64,000 bases of DNA. Origin: an uncultured Bacteroidales bacterium. GTDB taxonomy: Bacteria > Bacteroidota > Bacteroidia > Bacteroidales > JAAYJT01. The notes under the pieces are model-generated. The model saw only the letters and a program-made list of their open reading frames with translations. It was not told the origin of the DNA and did not search any database. The DNA is taken from positions 5,508-69,507 of the forward strand of contig CAZJZG010000013.1 of assembly GCA_964550455.1 (NCBI GenBank), read 5' to 3'. This document shows positions 41,994-52,642 of this stretch, piece after piece (position 1 is the first letter of the stretch; every line of letters starts with the position of its first letter). The position numbers were made by a program, and so were the translations under genes.

Positions 41994-43832
41994 TTAAATT
42001 ACATCCCCTCTGAGTATTCTGAACCGCTGACGGGCAGGGTCGGCAAAAAGACTTGCAGGATAATTCAACATCAACTCCTTATAATATTCCATAGCCTTAT
42101 CTGGCTCTTTCAAATAAACGTCATAAATCTCGGCAAGTTTAAAAAGAGCTTTATCAGCAAGTAATTCACTGGGGTATTGCATGACAATTTCCTCAAGATA
42201 CGTACTTGCATTGTCATACTCTCCACGACGAATACTTATCTCTGCTCTTTTATACAGTACATCATCATTTATAAGATGATAAGGGAACAGTGTAGTAATA
42301 GAATCAAGAACCTGCAAAGCAAGGTCGTCGCGTTGACGGTAGCTGTGCAGTTCAGCACGGGCATAGTATTCAAGTGCCACATAAGTACTGTCAGGTTCCA
42401 TATTATCTTTTATCAGCAGCGACAATGCCATGGCATCGTTGGCAATAAGCTTGGATGTAGCGGCTTTCAATACATTTAGCTGTGCCCTTGCCCATTCAAA
42501 TTCACCAATATAAAACGATAGTCTTGCATTTCTGAATTTGGCTTCATGGCCTATTGGCTCGTTTGGAAGTTCTTTTTCAACCTGGGAATACAAAAGAGTG
42601 GCTTCCCAAATTTCGCCTGCATACAGCAAAACATCTGCTAAATCGAGTTTACATTCTGCCAGTTTTTCCTTTCCAAGCCCCTTTATCGCCAAAGCTTCAT
42701 TAAGCAGTTCAATGGCTTTATCAGCATCATAAAACATAAATGCATAAAGATTGGCAAGATCGCGCATAAGCGAAATAGTAAGACGATTTTTGCCAAATTC
42801 TACCAGAGTTTCGTTATATCGCTTTTCAAGCAATGATAAATACTCCTGATTAAGCGGATTAACAGATGCAAGCCGTTTTGTTTCTGCTTTGAGGATCTCA
42901 ATCCTTGCATTCATATAATGCTGATTTTCAGGACCCTTGGTAATTATATATTCATAGGATTTTATAGCTACATCAAAATCATTGTTGGTAGTGCTAAGCT
43001 TAGCAATGGAATAAACTCTTTTTCCATTCTCATTTAATCTTTTATCAAGCGCTACTGCCTGAATATAAGCTGATTCAAAGTCCGACTGCTGTATTGACAG
43101 CCATAACATAAGTTCAGAATAAACATTTACATCCGGATATTGGCGAATGTTCCGAAGCAGTGAGGTTCGCAGGTATTTTAAGCGTGTGCCCTCGGTATCT
43201 GAAAACAGTGAATTTTGCAGTCGTGTTTGAATTTGCTGTAAATTTTTAACATCTGTTTTAACCAGATTCAGATATTCATTTACCATGTTTTCAAAATCTC
43301 CCATGCGGTCGTACAAATTTCCCAGTTCCATTTGAAAAGCATCGTTTTCTGACAGCAATACCCTACCTCTATGGTATACTTTTATTGCATAATCGTTTTC
43401 ACGCTTCGAAATGAGTGCATTAGCAACATCAATGATGGTACGCTTATCTGCAGGAAGGTTTTTTATGATATCATCATATTGTTTTTTCCCTTTCAGAACA
43501 TCACCGCTTGTAATCAGCACATAACCAAGATCTACTTCGTATCTGGGGTTTTTATTATTAGCCTTTAAATGACGCTTCACCAGTTTTTCAGCTTTTTTAT
43601 AATCACGAACTTCAATAAGGCAATGAAAATAGTAGTGATAATGGAAATCAGACTGGTTATTGTCGTATAACTTTTCAAAAATAGGCAATGCCTTTTCATA
43701 ATCCATTTTCCTGTAATACTCGAGAGCAAGGTCTCTCTCAGTATTCTTCTGCTGAGCCTGTGCATTGAATATTCCAGCCAGCATAATAAAAATCAGGATA
43801 AGAAAAGTATGAAGAAATGTTTTAATTTTCAT
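41994..43832 (-). CDS. Secreted TPR-repeat protein
   Basis: Signal peptide MKIKTFLHTFLILIFIMLAGIFNAQA, with TPR-like repeats throughout the 612 aa. Confidence 0.7.
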   Translation of the reverse strand: MKIKTFLHTFLILIFIMLAGIFNAQAQQKNTERDLALEYYRKMDYEKALPIFEKLYDNNQSDFHYHYYFHCLIEVRDYKKAEKLVKRHLKANNKNPRYEVDLGYVLITSGDVLKGKKQYDDIIKNLPADKRTIIDVANALISKRENDYAIKVYHRGRVLLSENDAFQMELGNLYDRMGDFENMVNEYLNLVKTDVKNLQQIQTRLQNSLFSDTEGTRLKYLRTSLLRNIRQYPDVNVYSELMLWLSIQQSDFESAYIQAVALDKRLNENGKRVYSIAKLSTTNNDFDVAIKSYEYIITKGPENQHYMNARIEILKAETKRLASVNPLNQEYLSLLEKRYNETLVEFGKNRLTISLMRDLANLYAFMFYDADKAIELLNEALAIKGLGKEKLAECKLDLADVLLYAGEIWEATLLYSQVEKELPNEPIGHEAKFRNARLSFYIGEFEWARAQLNVLKAATSKLIANDAMALSLLIKDNMEPDSTYVALEYYARAELHSYRQRDDLALQVLDSITTLFPYHLINDDVLYKRAEISIRRGEYDNASTYLEEIVMQYPSELLADKALFKLAEIYDVYLKEPDKAMEYYKELMLNYPASLFADPARQRFRILRGDVI

Positions 43833-43930
43833 AAGCTAAGTAATTGAACCTCTGAAAAGAACTAAAGACCTGACAGAAAACCTTTCAGGACAAAAGATCA
43901 TTAACAAAAAAAAAGTGTACTGCCGGGAGT

Positions 43931-45202
43931 TTAATCAATAATGTCAAAACCGGTATATGGTTGTAATGCCTTGGGAATAACAATTCCTTCGCTGGTTTGA
44001 TTATTCTCGAGCAAAGCAGCCACTATACGTGGTAACGCCAGAGCACTTCCGTTTAGTGTATGAACAAGTCTTGAGCGACCTTGTTCATCTTTAAACCTGA
44101 GTTTCATACGGTTTGACTGAAAAGATTCAAAATTTGATATTGAACTAACTTCAAGCCAGCGTTGCTGAGCGGCTGAATACACTTCCATATCGTAAGTAAG
44201 GGCTGAGGTAAAGCTCATATCACCTCCGCAAAGTTTTACAACCCTGAATGGCAGTTCCAGTGCCTGAAGAAGAGTAGTTACATAGTTACGCATTTCTTCA
44301 AGCGTTTCATACGAACGTTCCGGGTGCTGGATCTGAACAATTTCAACTTTGTCAAACTGATGCAGGCGGTTAAGACCTCTTACATCTTTTCCGTACGAAC
44401 CAGCCTCGCGCCGAAAACAACTTGAATAGGCAACATTTTTAACCGGCAGATCTCCTTCTTTCACGATCATATCGCGATAAAAATTTGTAACCGGAACTTC
44501 GGCAGTGGGTATCAGATATAATTTATCTTCATTCACAAAATACATCTGTCCGTCCTTGTCAGGCAATTGTCCTGTTCCAAACCCTGATGCTTCATTTACA
44601 AGCAAGGGGGGCTGATATTCAAGATATCCTGCTGCAATGGCTCTGTCGAGGAAGAAATTTATCAAAGCTCTTTGCAAACGGGCACCTTTACCGCGATATA
44701 CAGGGAAGCCGGAGCCGGTAATTTTGTTACCAAGCTCAAAATCAACAACATCATATTTCTTGCAAAGATCCCAGTGAGGCACTGCATCAGGCTGCAATAC
44801 AGGAATTTCACCTTCCTGATAGACTATTTCATTGTCTTCGGCAGTTTTGCCAGGCTTAATAGAAGCATGTGGCAGATTCGGGAGCTGAACGAGCAATTGC
44901 TGAAGCTCGTTTTCTGCTTCACTAAGCTGGTCGCTCAGTTCTTTACCCATAGTCTTTAAGGTGCTTGTTCTTTCTTTCAGAGCTACAGCTTCGTCTTTCT
45001 TACCATTTTGAAATAAAATGCCAATTTCTTTTGAAATCTGATTCATTTCCGCATTCACCTGATCCAGGCGGCTTTTTGCATCTCTGCGGGTTTTATCAAT
45101 CTGAATTATCTGATCAACAATGGTAGCAGCATCAAAGTTTTTAACGCTCAACCTTTCAATGATGAATTCAGGGTTTTCTTTTATTACATTGAGTTCTAAC
45201 AT
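43931..45202 (-). CDS. serS: Seryl-tRNA synthetase
   Basis: 423 aa. N-terminal coiled-coil arm and class II motifs (FRREAGS.., GSALALPR). Confidence 0.95.
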   Translation of the reverse strand: MLELNVIKENPEFIIERLSVKNFDAATIVDQIIQIDKTRRDAKSRLDQVNAEMNQISKEIGILFQNGKKDEAVALKERTSTLKTMGKELSDQLSEAENELQQLLVQLPNLPHASIKPGKTAEDNEIVYQEGEIPVLQPDAVPHWDLCKKYDVVDFELGNKITGSGFPVYRGKGARLQRALINFFLDRAIAAGYLEYQPPLLVNEASGFGTGQLPDKDGQMYFVNEDKLYLIPTAEVPVTNFYRDMIVKEGDLPVKNVAYSSCFRREAGSYGKDVRGLNRLHQFDKVEIVQIQHPERSYETLEEMRNYVTTLLQALELPFRVVKLCGGDMSFTSALTYDMEVYSAAQQRWLEVSSISNFESFQSNRMKLRFKDEQGRSRLVHTLNGSALALPRIVAALLENNQTSEGIVIPKALQPYTGFDIID

Positions 45203-45234
45203 AATATATCAACTTAAAAAGCAGCAAAATTAGA

Positions 45235-45264
45235 TAAAAAAACCCGGTTATAAATATACCGGGT
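45235..45264 (-). terminator. Rho-independent terminator downstream of rpmA
   Basis: acccggt (45242-45248) pairs with accgggt (45258-45264). The preceding A-run gives a T-run on the minus strand. Confidence 0.6.
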
Positions 45265-45300
45265 ACCACAAATCTTTATTAAAGAACAAACTTATTCCAA

Positions 45301-45564
45301 TCATTCCTGGGTTTCGGGGAAAACCGAAACATAGGATTTATTATTCTTTCTTTTTTTGAATTCCACTTTACCATCAGTCAATGCAAACAAGGTATGGTCT
45401 TTACCCATGCCAACATTGATACCTGGTGAATGTACAGTTCCGCGCTGACGGACAATAATATTGCCAGCCTGTGCAAACTGACCACCAAAAATTTTCACTC
45501 CTAAACGTTTGCTGTGCGATTCGCGACCATTACTTGAACTACCAGCACCTTTCTTGTGAGCCAT
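45301..45564 (-). CDS. rpmA: 50S ribosomal protein L27
   Basis: [24 protein letters not shown]... Confidence 0.97.
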   Translation of the reverse strand: MAHKKGAGSSSNGRESHSKRLGVKIFGGQFAQAGNIIVRQRGTVHSPGINVGMGKDHTLFALTDGKVEFKKRKNNKSYVSVFPETQE

Positions 45565-45611
45565 AATATCTGATTATTAATTCCTTACGGAAGATTAAAC
45601 TTGCATTTATC

Positions 45612-45923
45612 TTAATTAGTTATATCATTAATCTCAATTTTGCTCAGGTATTGCCTGTGCCCATTGAGTTTCTGATATCCTTTTCTTCTTTTTTTCTTGA
45701 ACACCAGTACTTTATCACCTTTTAAATGCTCAAGAATAGTTGCAGTAACAACTGCACCTTCTACTGTAGGCGTTCCAACGGCTGTCTGACCTTCATTTTC
45801 AATCAACAATACATTACTGAATTCAACTTTGTCGCCTGTACTGCCTTCAAGCCTGTGAACAAATAATTTTTGTCCTTTTTCTACTTTAAACTGCTGTCCT
45901 GCTATATCAACAATTGCTACCAT
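45612..45923 (-). CDS. rplU: 50S ribosomal protein L21
   Basis: [18 protein letters not shown] from the ATG at 45923; the track extension upstream is unlikely to be translated. Confidence 0.95.
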   Translation of the reverse strand: MVAIVDIAGQQFKVEKGQKLFVHRLEGSTGDKVEFSNVLLIENEGQTAVGTPTVEGAVVTATILEHLKGDKVLVFKKKRRKGYQKLNGHRQYLSKIEINDITN

Positions 45924-46184
45924 TATTTCTTTGCTTTTTTTAGTTGTTGCAAATTGGGGGTGCAAAATTAGACAAATTATTTAAATACCAATGCTATGAT
46001 AATAAAATTTTCATTCTAAAAACTAATTATCATTATGAAAGAATCATGTTTTACCTTATTAAACAATACATTACAGCTTAAAACCTATTTTGCCAGCCGG
46101 ATTTTATTCTTTAACAATTATCCGCTAAACCAAAAATATTAATGCTTTATTGACAATTCATTTTCTGGATACGGAATTAAGAAA

Positions 46185-47960
46185 CTAATAGATTATAGTA
46201 CTCAAATCCTTTATTCTACCAACCGGATAAACATTTTTATTATGATCGCGGTAATCTGACCGCAGGTAAAACCAGTTAAGAATATTCCACTGTTGTTTAA
46301 AAAAATCGGGATTCTTTTGTTTTGCATCTTCAAACTCCTGCCTCAGAGTTTCATCATTATCGAGCATTTTTCTTGCCAATGGTTCCATAACATAGGTTTC
46401 AGCATATTCTTTCTGTTCAAATATAGCATTAAAAAACCCCCAGTACAGAAATGAATCATTGCTTTTGGGTTCAAGCATACGTGCAATAAGCCGCGCTGAT
46501 GGCTGATCTATAGGTATTATTACTGAACCAGCAGCAAATTCACGTTTCATTATAACCGGTGTAGCCTCAGCATTTACAGTGTGATGTCCTTCGTTTGGCA
46601 TAATGCTCCATACAGGATTTTCAAAAACATAAGTTTCAATCTCAATATTTATTTTTTCACGCACAGGATACATTGTTATACCATGATACTTTATCCGCCC
46701 TATTATTTCTGTCCATTCAGCGGGAATTATATATGCTTCGGGCAGCATTGTAGTAGCCGAAGGAATATTCTTATTGAATAGTGGTAATGAATAAGTTACC
46801 GGGAGTTCAGGATAATAATGAAACCAGGAGCCACCGGTTAAATCGCTGGTACTTATATCATATTCAACTCCTTTAAAATCTACCATAATACTATCAGTAT
46901 TTGAAATTCTGAACCCCAGGGGAAATGGTTCTTTACGAAATTCTGCCGAAGCGCAGTAATTATCAGCCTTATCTATCAGGTCTTTCAGCTTATCTCCCTC
47001 TTTACTGAGAATGTTCATAGTAAACAGTATCATATTGTATGTACCTTCAACCCGGGTTTTATAATCTTTCAGCATATGAGTTTCAATAAGCAAACCCGGA
47101 CGATTAAGCAATGCACAATAGCCCTGCGAAAGCATTCCTGGTGCTGCACCGGTTCGCAAACCACTACGTATATCATGCCATTGTCTGAAAGTAACATATG
47201 GGAATATTGGAAATCCTGATTCTTCCATCTTCTTGCTTACAGAAGGTTCATAAACATCACTTAACCAGTGAGTAAGATTATTATCCATATTGCCCAGAGT
47301 TTCAATCATATAGGTTATTGCATACTGATAATCAGCTCCGTCAGTACTATGACAGTCAATAAAAAAATGCGGTTTCCATTCATTAAATAATTTAAGCCAA
47401 GCCTGCATTTCGGGAGCGTCAGCTTTGACAAAATCACGGTTAAGATTCAGGTTTTGTGCTGTAGTGCGCCACCCCATCTCTTTAGGACCGTTTTGATTGA
47501 TCCGGTTATATGGCCCGAACCGCTCATGACCATCAACATTAAAAACAGGAATAAAAAGTATGGTTATATTTTCAAGCAGATCATTATATTTTTTATAAAC
47601 GACAATGTCCCTGATAAGCATCAAAACTGCATCTTTTCCATCAGGTTCGCCAGGATGAATGCCGGACTCAATTAACAAAACAGTTTTACTGCTTTTCCCC
47701 GGAGTAAAATGACCATCCTTGTCAACGATCAACAAAGGCAAAAGCCTGCCCTGAGGGCTTACGCCAAAATTTGTGTAATGAACCACAGGCGAGTAGTCAG
47801 CAAGACGTTGGCAAAACTCCACAGTTTGCTCGTAGCGCGGTGTTTCAAGAAAACCTGATTTTTCGTAATAGGTTTCCCAATTTGGATCCTGGGCTTTAAT
47901 AAAGGAAACAGTTAAAATGAAGAACAGATAAAAAAGTAGTTGTAGTTTTCGTAAGCGCAT
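46185..47960 (-). CDS. M14-family zinc carboxypeptidase, secreted
   Basis: Signal peptide, then the SGIHPGEPDG (HxxE zinc site) motif; 591 aa. Confidence 0.8.
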   Translation of the reverse strand: MRLRKLQLLFYLFFILTVSFIKAQDPNWETYYEKSGFLETPRYEQTVEFCQRLADYSPVVHYTNFGVSPQGRLLPLLIVDKDGHFTPGKSSKTVLLIESGIHPGEPDGKDAVLMLIRDIVVYKKYNDLLENITILFIPVFNVDGHERFGPYNRINQNGPKEMGWRTTAQNLNLNRDFVKADAPEMQAWLKLFNEWKPHFFIDCHSTDGADYQYAITYMIETLGNMDNNLTHWLSDVYEPSVSKKMEESGFPIFPYVTFRQWHDIRSGLRTGAAPGMLSQGYCALLNRPGLLIETHMLKDYKTRVEGTYNMILFTMNILSKEGDKLKDLIDKADNYCASAEFRKEPFPLGFRISNTDSIMVDFKGVEYDISTSDLTGGSWFHYYPELPVTYSLPLFNKNIPSATTMLPEAYIIPAEWTEIIGRIKYHGITMYPVREKINIEIETYVFENPVWSIMPNEGHHTVNAEATPVIMKREFAAGSVIIPIDQPSARLIARMLEPKSNDSFLYWGFFNAIFEQKEYAETYVMEPLARKMLDNDETLRQEFEDAKQKNPDFFKQQWNILNWFYLRSDYRDHNKNVYPVGRIKDLSTIIY

Positions 47961-47971
47961 AAGAAATGAGA

Positions 47972-49009
47972 TTAATGAAAAAGTTTCGAAATTTCTTCTT
48001 TATTGGGTTTAATAATCCCTTTACTCGTTATTAAACCTGTTATCAGTGCTGCCGGCGTTACATCAAAAGCGGGATTCAAAGCCTGAGAACCGGGAGCTGC
48101 TATCTTAATATTTTCAATTTCCCCTTGGTTATTCAACCCCGAAATACTAAGTACTTCATCGGGACTGCGGAACTCAACAGGAATTTCATTACCTGATGTC
48201 ATGCTCAGGTCGAAAGTTGAAAGTGGAGCAGCAACATAAAACGGGATACCAAAATAATCAGCAAGGATCGCTTTTTCGAGTGTTCCGATCTTATTGGCAA
48301 TATCTCCATTAGCTGCTACACGATCGGTTCCAACCATAACAAGTTGTATTTTCCCATGTTGCATCATATATGCCGCTGCATTATCAGCTATTATATGATG
48401 TCTGACATTTTCATTTCCAAGCTCCCAGGCAGTTAATCTGGCACCCTGACAACGCGGGCGGGTTTCATCAACAAAAACCGTAAAATCCTTGTTTTTCCTT
48501 TTGGCTTCGTATATTGGAGAAAGCGCACTGCCATAATCTACAAAGGCTATCCATCCTGCATTACAATGGGTCAATATTCCCATTCCATCTTTAATCAGCG
48601 GTTCTCCAAATATACCTATGAGCCTGCCTTCCTCACTATTCTCAGCAGCAATTCCCTGAGCCTCCCTGATAGCCTCCTCTGTATTTGAACATGCAGAAAC
48701 TCTTTGTGTAGCAAAAAAAAGATCCCGCGCAGTGGGGCGTGTAGCCTCTATAGCTGCTCTGGCTGCTAAAAGATATTCATCTTTATTTATGGATGATGCC
48801 TGTAAAAAAGCCTGCGCCATGGCAAAACCCGCTGCTGCTCCTATAGCCCCGGCACCCCTTACATTCATATTACGAATAGCTTCGGCAGTTTCTTCCCAGG
48901 TTCTGCAAACCATAACATCAAATATAAATGGAAGCTTATTCTGGTCAATCAGGTGAATCGCACCGTTTTCCCACCATAAGGTCAAATAATGTTTTCCGTT
49001 GACAATCAT
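47972..49009 (-). CDS. mtnA: S-methyl-5-thioribose-1-phosphate isomerase (eIF-2B alpha/beta/delta-like family)
   Basis: VRGAGAIGAAAGFAMAQA, TRPRCQGARLTAWEL, GTDRVAANGD. Confidence 0.8.
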   Translation of the reverse strand: MIVNGKHYLTLWWENGAIHLIDQNKLPFIFDVMVCRTWEETAEAIRNMNVRGAGAIGAAAGFAMAQAFLQASSINKDEYLLAARAAIEATRPTARDLFFATQRVSACSNTEEAIREAQGIAAENSEEGRLIGIFGEPLIKDGMGILTHCNAGWIAFVDYGSALSPIYEAKRKNKDFTVFVDETRPRCQGARLTAWELGNENVRHHIIADNAAAYMMQHGKIQLVMVGTDRVAANGDIANKIGTLEKAILADYFGIPFYVAAPLSTFDLSMTSGNEIPVEFRSPDEVLSISGLNNQGEIENIKIAAPGSQALNPAFDVTPAALITGLITSKGIIKPNKEEISKLFH

Positions 49010-49242
49010 ATATTAAAATTAAAACTGGCTAACAGCTACAAAAATACATAAAGTAATACTGTTGGTATTTATTGAAAACTGATTAAATACATTTTGCAAC
49101 GATCGGGAATGTTTTCCCTTTGAATGAAAAGGCACTATCAGAAAAAAAACGAAAAATATTATTTAATCTTCGTTTTCGTTTGTAACCTCCATCATAAAGC
49201 ATGCGTCATATAGTTCGGAAACAAATTAAAAAACATTTAAAT

Positions 49243-49569
49243 ATGGAAGGAATATTAGTTCCACTTGGTGCTTTCGCGATGGTTGTTGCCATTGTTTATC
49301 TTCGTCAAAGAAAAGCTGAACGAGTACTTATGATTGAAAGAGGAGTTGATCCTAAAATTTTTGAAACCAGAAAACAACCCATGCAGAATTTAAAATGGGG
49401 CATCTTGCTGGTAGGGCTGGGGTCAGGGCTGATCATTGCCAATGCTTTGTCGCACACGGTTTATTTCACAAAAGAGGAAGCATATTTTGCCATGCTATTT
49501 CTGTTTGGAGGAGTCAGTCTGTTGGTCTTTCATTATATTGACTGGAAAAAACGAAAAAACGCTGAATGA
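49243..49569 (+). CDS. Small membrane protein (three predicted TM helices)
   Basis: MEGILVPLGAFAMVVAIVYL.. from the ATG at 49243. No functional motif. Confidence 0.5.
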   Translation: MEGILVPLGAFAMVVAIVYLRQRKAERVLMIERGVDPKIFETRKQPMQNLKWGILLVGLGSGLIIANALSHTVYFTKEEAYFAMLFLFGGVSLLVFHYIDWKKRKNAE

Positions 49570-49650
49570 TATCTATTGCTCAAGAACCTGTTACATATTT
49601 TTGTATAACAGGCTTTTATATCTGAACCGATGTAAATCCTGGTTTTGATC

Positions 49651-50217
49651 TTAAAGAAACTGATACGTGTGAACCGGAATATATATTGGACCCTCGCGGC
49701 GAAGGATGCTTTCATAAAATATCAGTTCCTCTATTTCCTGGCTTCCTGAATCATGTATCCTATTTTCTTCAAGAACCTGCTGAAAACTTATTTTATCCCT
49801 TAATCCCTTTATCCTTCCAATAGTAAGATGCGGCACAAAATTCTGCCTGTCCGGAAAGATGCCAATGGTTTTCAATTGTTCGCTTACCCTGCTGAAAAGT
49901 TGTTGCATATTTTCCCCGGCTTCAATTCCAAACCAAATAACACGCGGATCATATCTGCTGCCAAACATACCCGTATTTCTGACCTCCAAACTGAACTTTT
50001 CTGTTGATTGGCAGGCAATTTTTAAACATTTATCAATATCGGGGATCTGATGTACAAAAGTATCGCCAAAAAATTTTATTGTTAAATGCATATTCGATGG
50101 ATTAACCCAGGTAATACGTTCGTTTCTGAGCGATTGTTTAATCCTGTCATATACTTCCAAAAAAGTTTCGGAAGCCTGAATTTTTACAGCGGCAAATAAT
50201 CGTTTGGTTTCCTGCAT
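49651..50217 (-). CDS. thpR: RNA 2',3'-cyclic phosphodiesterase (2H phosphoesterase, ThpR/LigT)
   Basis: Two HxT motifs: HLTIKF and HLTIGR. Confidence 0.8.
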   Translation of the reverse strand: MQETKRLFAAVKIQASETFLEVYDRIKQSLRNERITWVNPSNMHLTIKFFGDTFVHQIPDIDKCLKIACQSTEKFSLEVRNTGMFGSRYDPRVIWFGIEAGENMQQLFSRVSEQLKTIGIFPDRQNFVPHLTIGRIKGLRDKISFQQVLEENRIHDSGSQEIEELIFYESILRREGPIYIPVHTYQFL

Positions 50218-50387
50218 ATATTGATATGTTATTGATAATGTATGGTTTATCTTGTAATTTCAGCTTAGTGTTCAGATAAAATTCACTGCAAATCTATAAA
50301 AGATTAAATTTGAAAAGGATAATCGGCTTTTTAAAAAGATTTGATATAAAAGAAAATTTTCTACCTTTGCCGCCCCAAACATAGCTC

Positions 50388-50461
50388 GGGGCGTTAGCTC
50401 AGTTGGCTAGAGCGTTAGACTGGCAGTCTAAAGGCCAGGGGTTCGACTCCCCTACGCTCCA
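50388..50461 (+). tRNA. tRNA-Ala (anticodon GGC)
   Basis: GGGGCGTTAGCTCAGTTGGCTAGAGCGTTAGACTGGCAGTCTAAAGGCCAGGGGTTCGACTCCCCTACGCTCCA. The G3:U70 identity pair is present. Confidence 0.95.
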
Positions 50462-50467
50462 CAATAA

Positions 50468-50505
50468 AAGCCTGTAAATCAACACATTACGGGCTTTTTT
50501 CTTTT
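50468..50505 (+). terminator. Rho-independent terminator after tRNA-Ala
   Basis: aagcctgtaa pairs with ttacgggctt (10 bp including one G.U), followed by TTTTTTCTTTT. Confidence 0.6.
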
Positions 50506-50659
50506 AAAGCTTCGTGACTTTGACAGCTTTGAAAACAGCACTATTTGAGTTTAAGTATCATTCACATTCAGGTAAATGCGAAATCCGCCTTTTACGTACA
50601 GGAGAAGCGTTTCATCAAAACTGCTGCCAAATCATGGGTTATAATTTCAAATTCTTGCG

Positions 50660-50667
50660 TATATTTG
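50660..50667 (+). promoter_or_regulatory. Candidate Bacteroidota sigma-A -7 box (TAnnTTTG) for the Sir2 gene
   Basis: TATATTTG lies 20 nt upstream of the ATG at 50687. No clean -33 TTTG was seen. Confidence 0.35.
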
Positions 50668-50686
50668 CGACATTAATAATGTACTG

Positions 50687-51373
50687 ATGAAAAAAATTGT
50701 AGTATTAAGTGGCGCAGGTATTAGCGCTGAAAGCGGTATCAGCACTTTTCGTGATGCCGGCGGATTATGGGAAAATCACAGAATTGAAGAAGTTGCTACC
50801 TACGAAGCATGGGAGCGTAATCCTGAACTTGTTCTGAAATTCTATAATCAACGCCGTAAACAGCTTCTTGAGGTAAAACCAAATGCAGGGCATTGCTCAT
50901 TGGTTAAACTTGAAGAAAAATTTGATGTTCAAATAATCACGCAAAATGTTGATGATCTGCATGAGCGTGCAGGTTCAAAAAAGGTCTTGCATCTTCATGG
51001 CGAATTAAGAAAGGCAAGAAGTACTGCCGATCCCAATCTGGTATACGAGCTTGATGGCTGGGAACTGAATAAAGATGATCTGTGTGAAAAAGGTTCACAA
51101 CTCCGTCCTCATATTGTATGGTTTGGCGAAGCTGTACCAATGATAGTCCCTGCTGCTAAAATTTCCTCCGAAGCTGATATTTTCATTGTGGTAGGAACTT
51201 CTATGCTTGTTTATCCCGCTGCAGGACTTATTGATTATGTTCCGGTTAAATCGCCTAAATATCTGGTTGATCCAAATGCACGCGAAATAAGGCATATAAG
51301 CAATCTTACTGTAATTCCCGAAAAAGCAGGAACCGGCTTGGTAAAGCTTGTTGACGAATTACTGGCAAATTAA
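50687..51373 (+). CDS. cobB: NAD-dependent protein deacylase (Sir2 family)
   Basis: GAGISAESGISTFRD, QNVDDLHERAG, VVGTSMLVYPAA. Confidence 0.9.
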   Translation: MKKIVVLSGAGISAESGISTFRDAGGLWENHRIEEVATYEAWERNPELVLKFYNQRRKQLLEVKPNAGHCSLVKLEEKFDVQIITQNVDDLHERAGSKKVLHLHGELRKARSTADPNLVYELDGWELNKDDLCEKGSQLRPHIVWFGEAVPMIVPAAKISSEADIFIVVGTSMLVYPAAGLIDYVPVKSPKYLVDPNAREIRHISNLTVIPEKAGTGLVKLVDELLAN

Positions 51374-51377
51374 TTTC

Positions 51378-51842
51378 ATGAATATGAACAGAATTGTTTT
51401 TATAGTATTCTTTGGTGCTTTGTTTTTTGCAGGATGTCAGAAAGACGAAAGCAAACAGGATGAAATTGACAGAAAAAAGATACTTGATTATATAAATGAA
51501 CACAATATCAACGCTCTTGAAACCCCATCAGGGTTATTTTATGTAATTGAGAACCTAGGCACAGGCGGGCATCCAAATGCTTATTCAACTGTTAGTGTGC
51601 GATATACCGGTTATTTTCTTGATGGCACAATTTTCGACTCAAATGAAGGCAAGGAATTAGCACCTTTTAGCCTTGGACAAGTTATTAAAGGCTGGCAGGA
51701 AGGAATTCCACTGTTTAAGAAAGGCGGGACCGGGAAACTGCTAATCCCGTCGCGCCTTGCTTATGGGTCAAATTCAGCAGGTTATGGCATTCCTGATAAT
51801 TCAGTGTTGATCTTTGATATCCGATTGATTGATTTTAACTGA
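51378..51842 (+). CDS. FKBP-type peptidyl-prolyl cis-trans isomerase lipoprotein
   Basis: ATG at 51378: MNMNRIVFIVFFGALFFAGCQ (lipobox). Also VRYTGYFLDGTIFDS, VIKGWQEG and LIFDIRLI. Confidence 0.85.
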   Translation: MNMNRIVFIVFFGALFFAGCQKDESKQDEIDRKKILDYINEHNINALETPSGLFYVIENLGTGGHPNAYSTVSVRYTGYFLDGTIFDSNEGKELAPFSLGQVIKGWQEGIPLFKKGGTGKLLIPSRLAYGSNSAGYGIPDNSVLIFDIRLIDFN

Positions 51843-51850
51843 TTTCAATA

Positions 51851-52321
51851 ATGGATGATAACTCTTTAAATATCAATCATTTTTCGGAAAAAGCAAAACG
51901 ATTTTGTAATTTTCAGGATCGTAGTGAAATGGAAGTATTATCAAAATTGAAATTCTGGAATTGTAAACCTGAATGGATACCGGAAATCATCAATGAATTG
52001 AAAAAGGAAAGATTTCTTGATGAACAAAGATTTGCTAATAGCTTTGCACGAGGAAAATTCAGAATGAACAGCTGGGGAAAGCTAAAGATCATGGCTGCCC
52101 TGCTTCAGCGCAATATTTCTCAGGATCTAATAAACAAGGCTTTGAACGAAATTGATGAAAACGATTACAGAAATACTCTTGCTGACTTGCTGGAAAAAAA
52201 ATGGAAGACAACTACAGGGGAATACAATTCAAAGATCAATAAAACTGCCTCCTATGCTATAAACAAAGGCTATGAGTCCGGACTCGTTTTTGAAATATTA
52301 CGGAGCACCACATTTACATGA
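51851..52321 (+). CDS. recX: Regulatory protein RecX
   Basis: 156 aa with repeated helical RecX pattern (..RFCNFQDRSEMEV..KL..., LDEQRFANSFARGK, ..KGYE..). Confidence 0.8.
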   Translation: MDDNSLNINHFSEKAKRFCNFQDRSEMEVLSKLKFWNCKPEWIPEIINELKKERFLDEQRFANSFARGKFRMNSWGKLKIMAALLQRNISQDLINKALNEIDENDYRNTLADLLEKKWKTTTGEYNSKINKTASYAINKGYESGLVFEILRSTTFT

Positions 52322-52421
52322 TGTTCGGTAACAGAGATTGAACAGAAGCCAAAAACTCATCACTGACTTGAAATTTTTCAGTTTTATGTTATTATTTTTG
52401 AACTTTTAATTCATTCAGAAC

Positions 52422-52441
52422 TTTATATATACAAAACTAAT
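52422..52441 (+). repeat. attL core (direct repeat copy 1)
   Basis: Perfect 20-bp match to 58646-58665. Confidence 0.75.
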
Positions 52442-52484
52442 CTGAATAAAACAACAAAATACTAAATAAATAACAAACTTATGT

Positions 52485-52509
52485 AAAGCCCTGATACAAG
52501 GGCTTTTTT
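52485..52509 (+). terminator. Rho-independent terminator just inside attL
   Basis: aaagccct (52485-52492) pairs with agggcttt (52499-52506), followed by a T-run. It would insulate the integrase from recX read-through. Confidence 0.6.
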
Positions 52510-52642
52510 ATTTAGTTGAATTATTATTTATTTTACTTTATTAGTTATTTATATAAACATTATTTGTACCTTTGCTGTACCTTTTACTAATTCAAAGATG
52601 TAAGGGTTATAAAAACAGGTTTTACAATTAACATAAAGGACA

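Noticed and set aside
50388-52421. tRNA-Ala as the integration target, with the island starting at the tRNA
   Set aside because: The intervening genes (Sir2 deacylase, FKBP isomerase, RecX) are housekeeping. The 20-bp direct repeat does not match the tRNA 3' end, and the repeat pair at 52422/58646 accounts for the boundaries.
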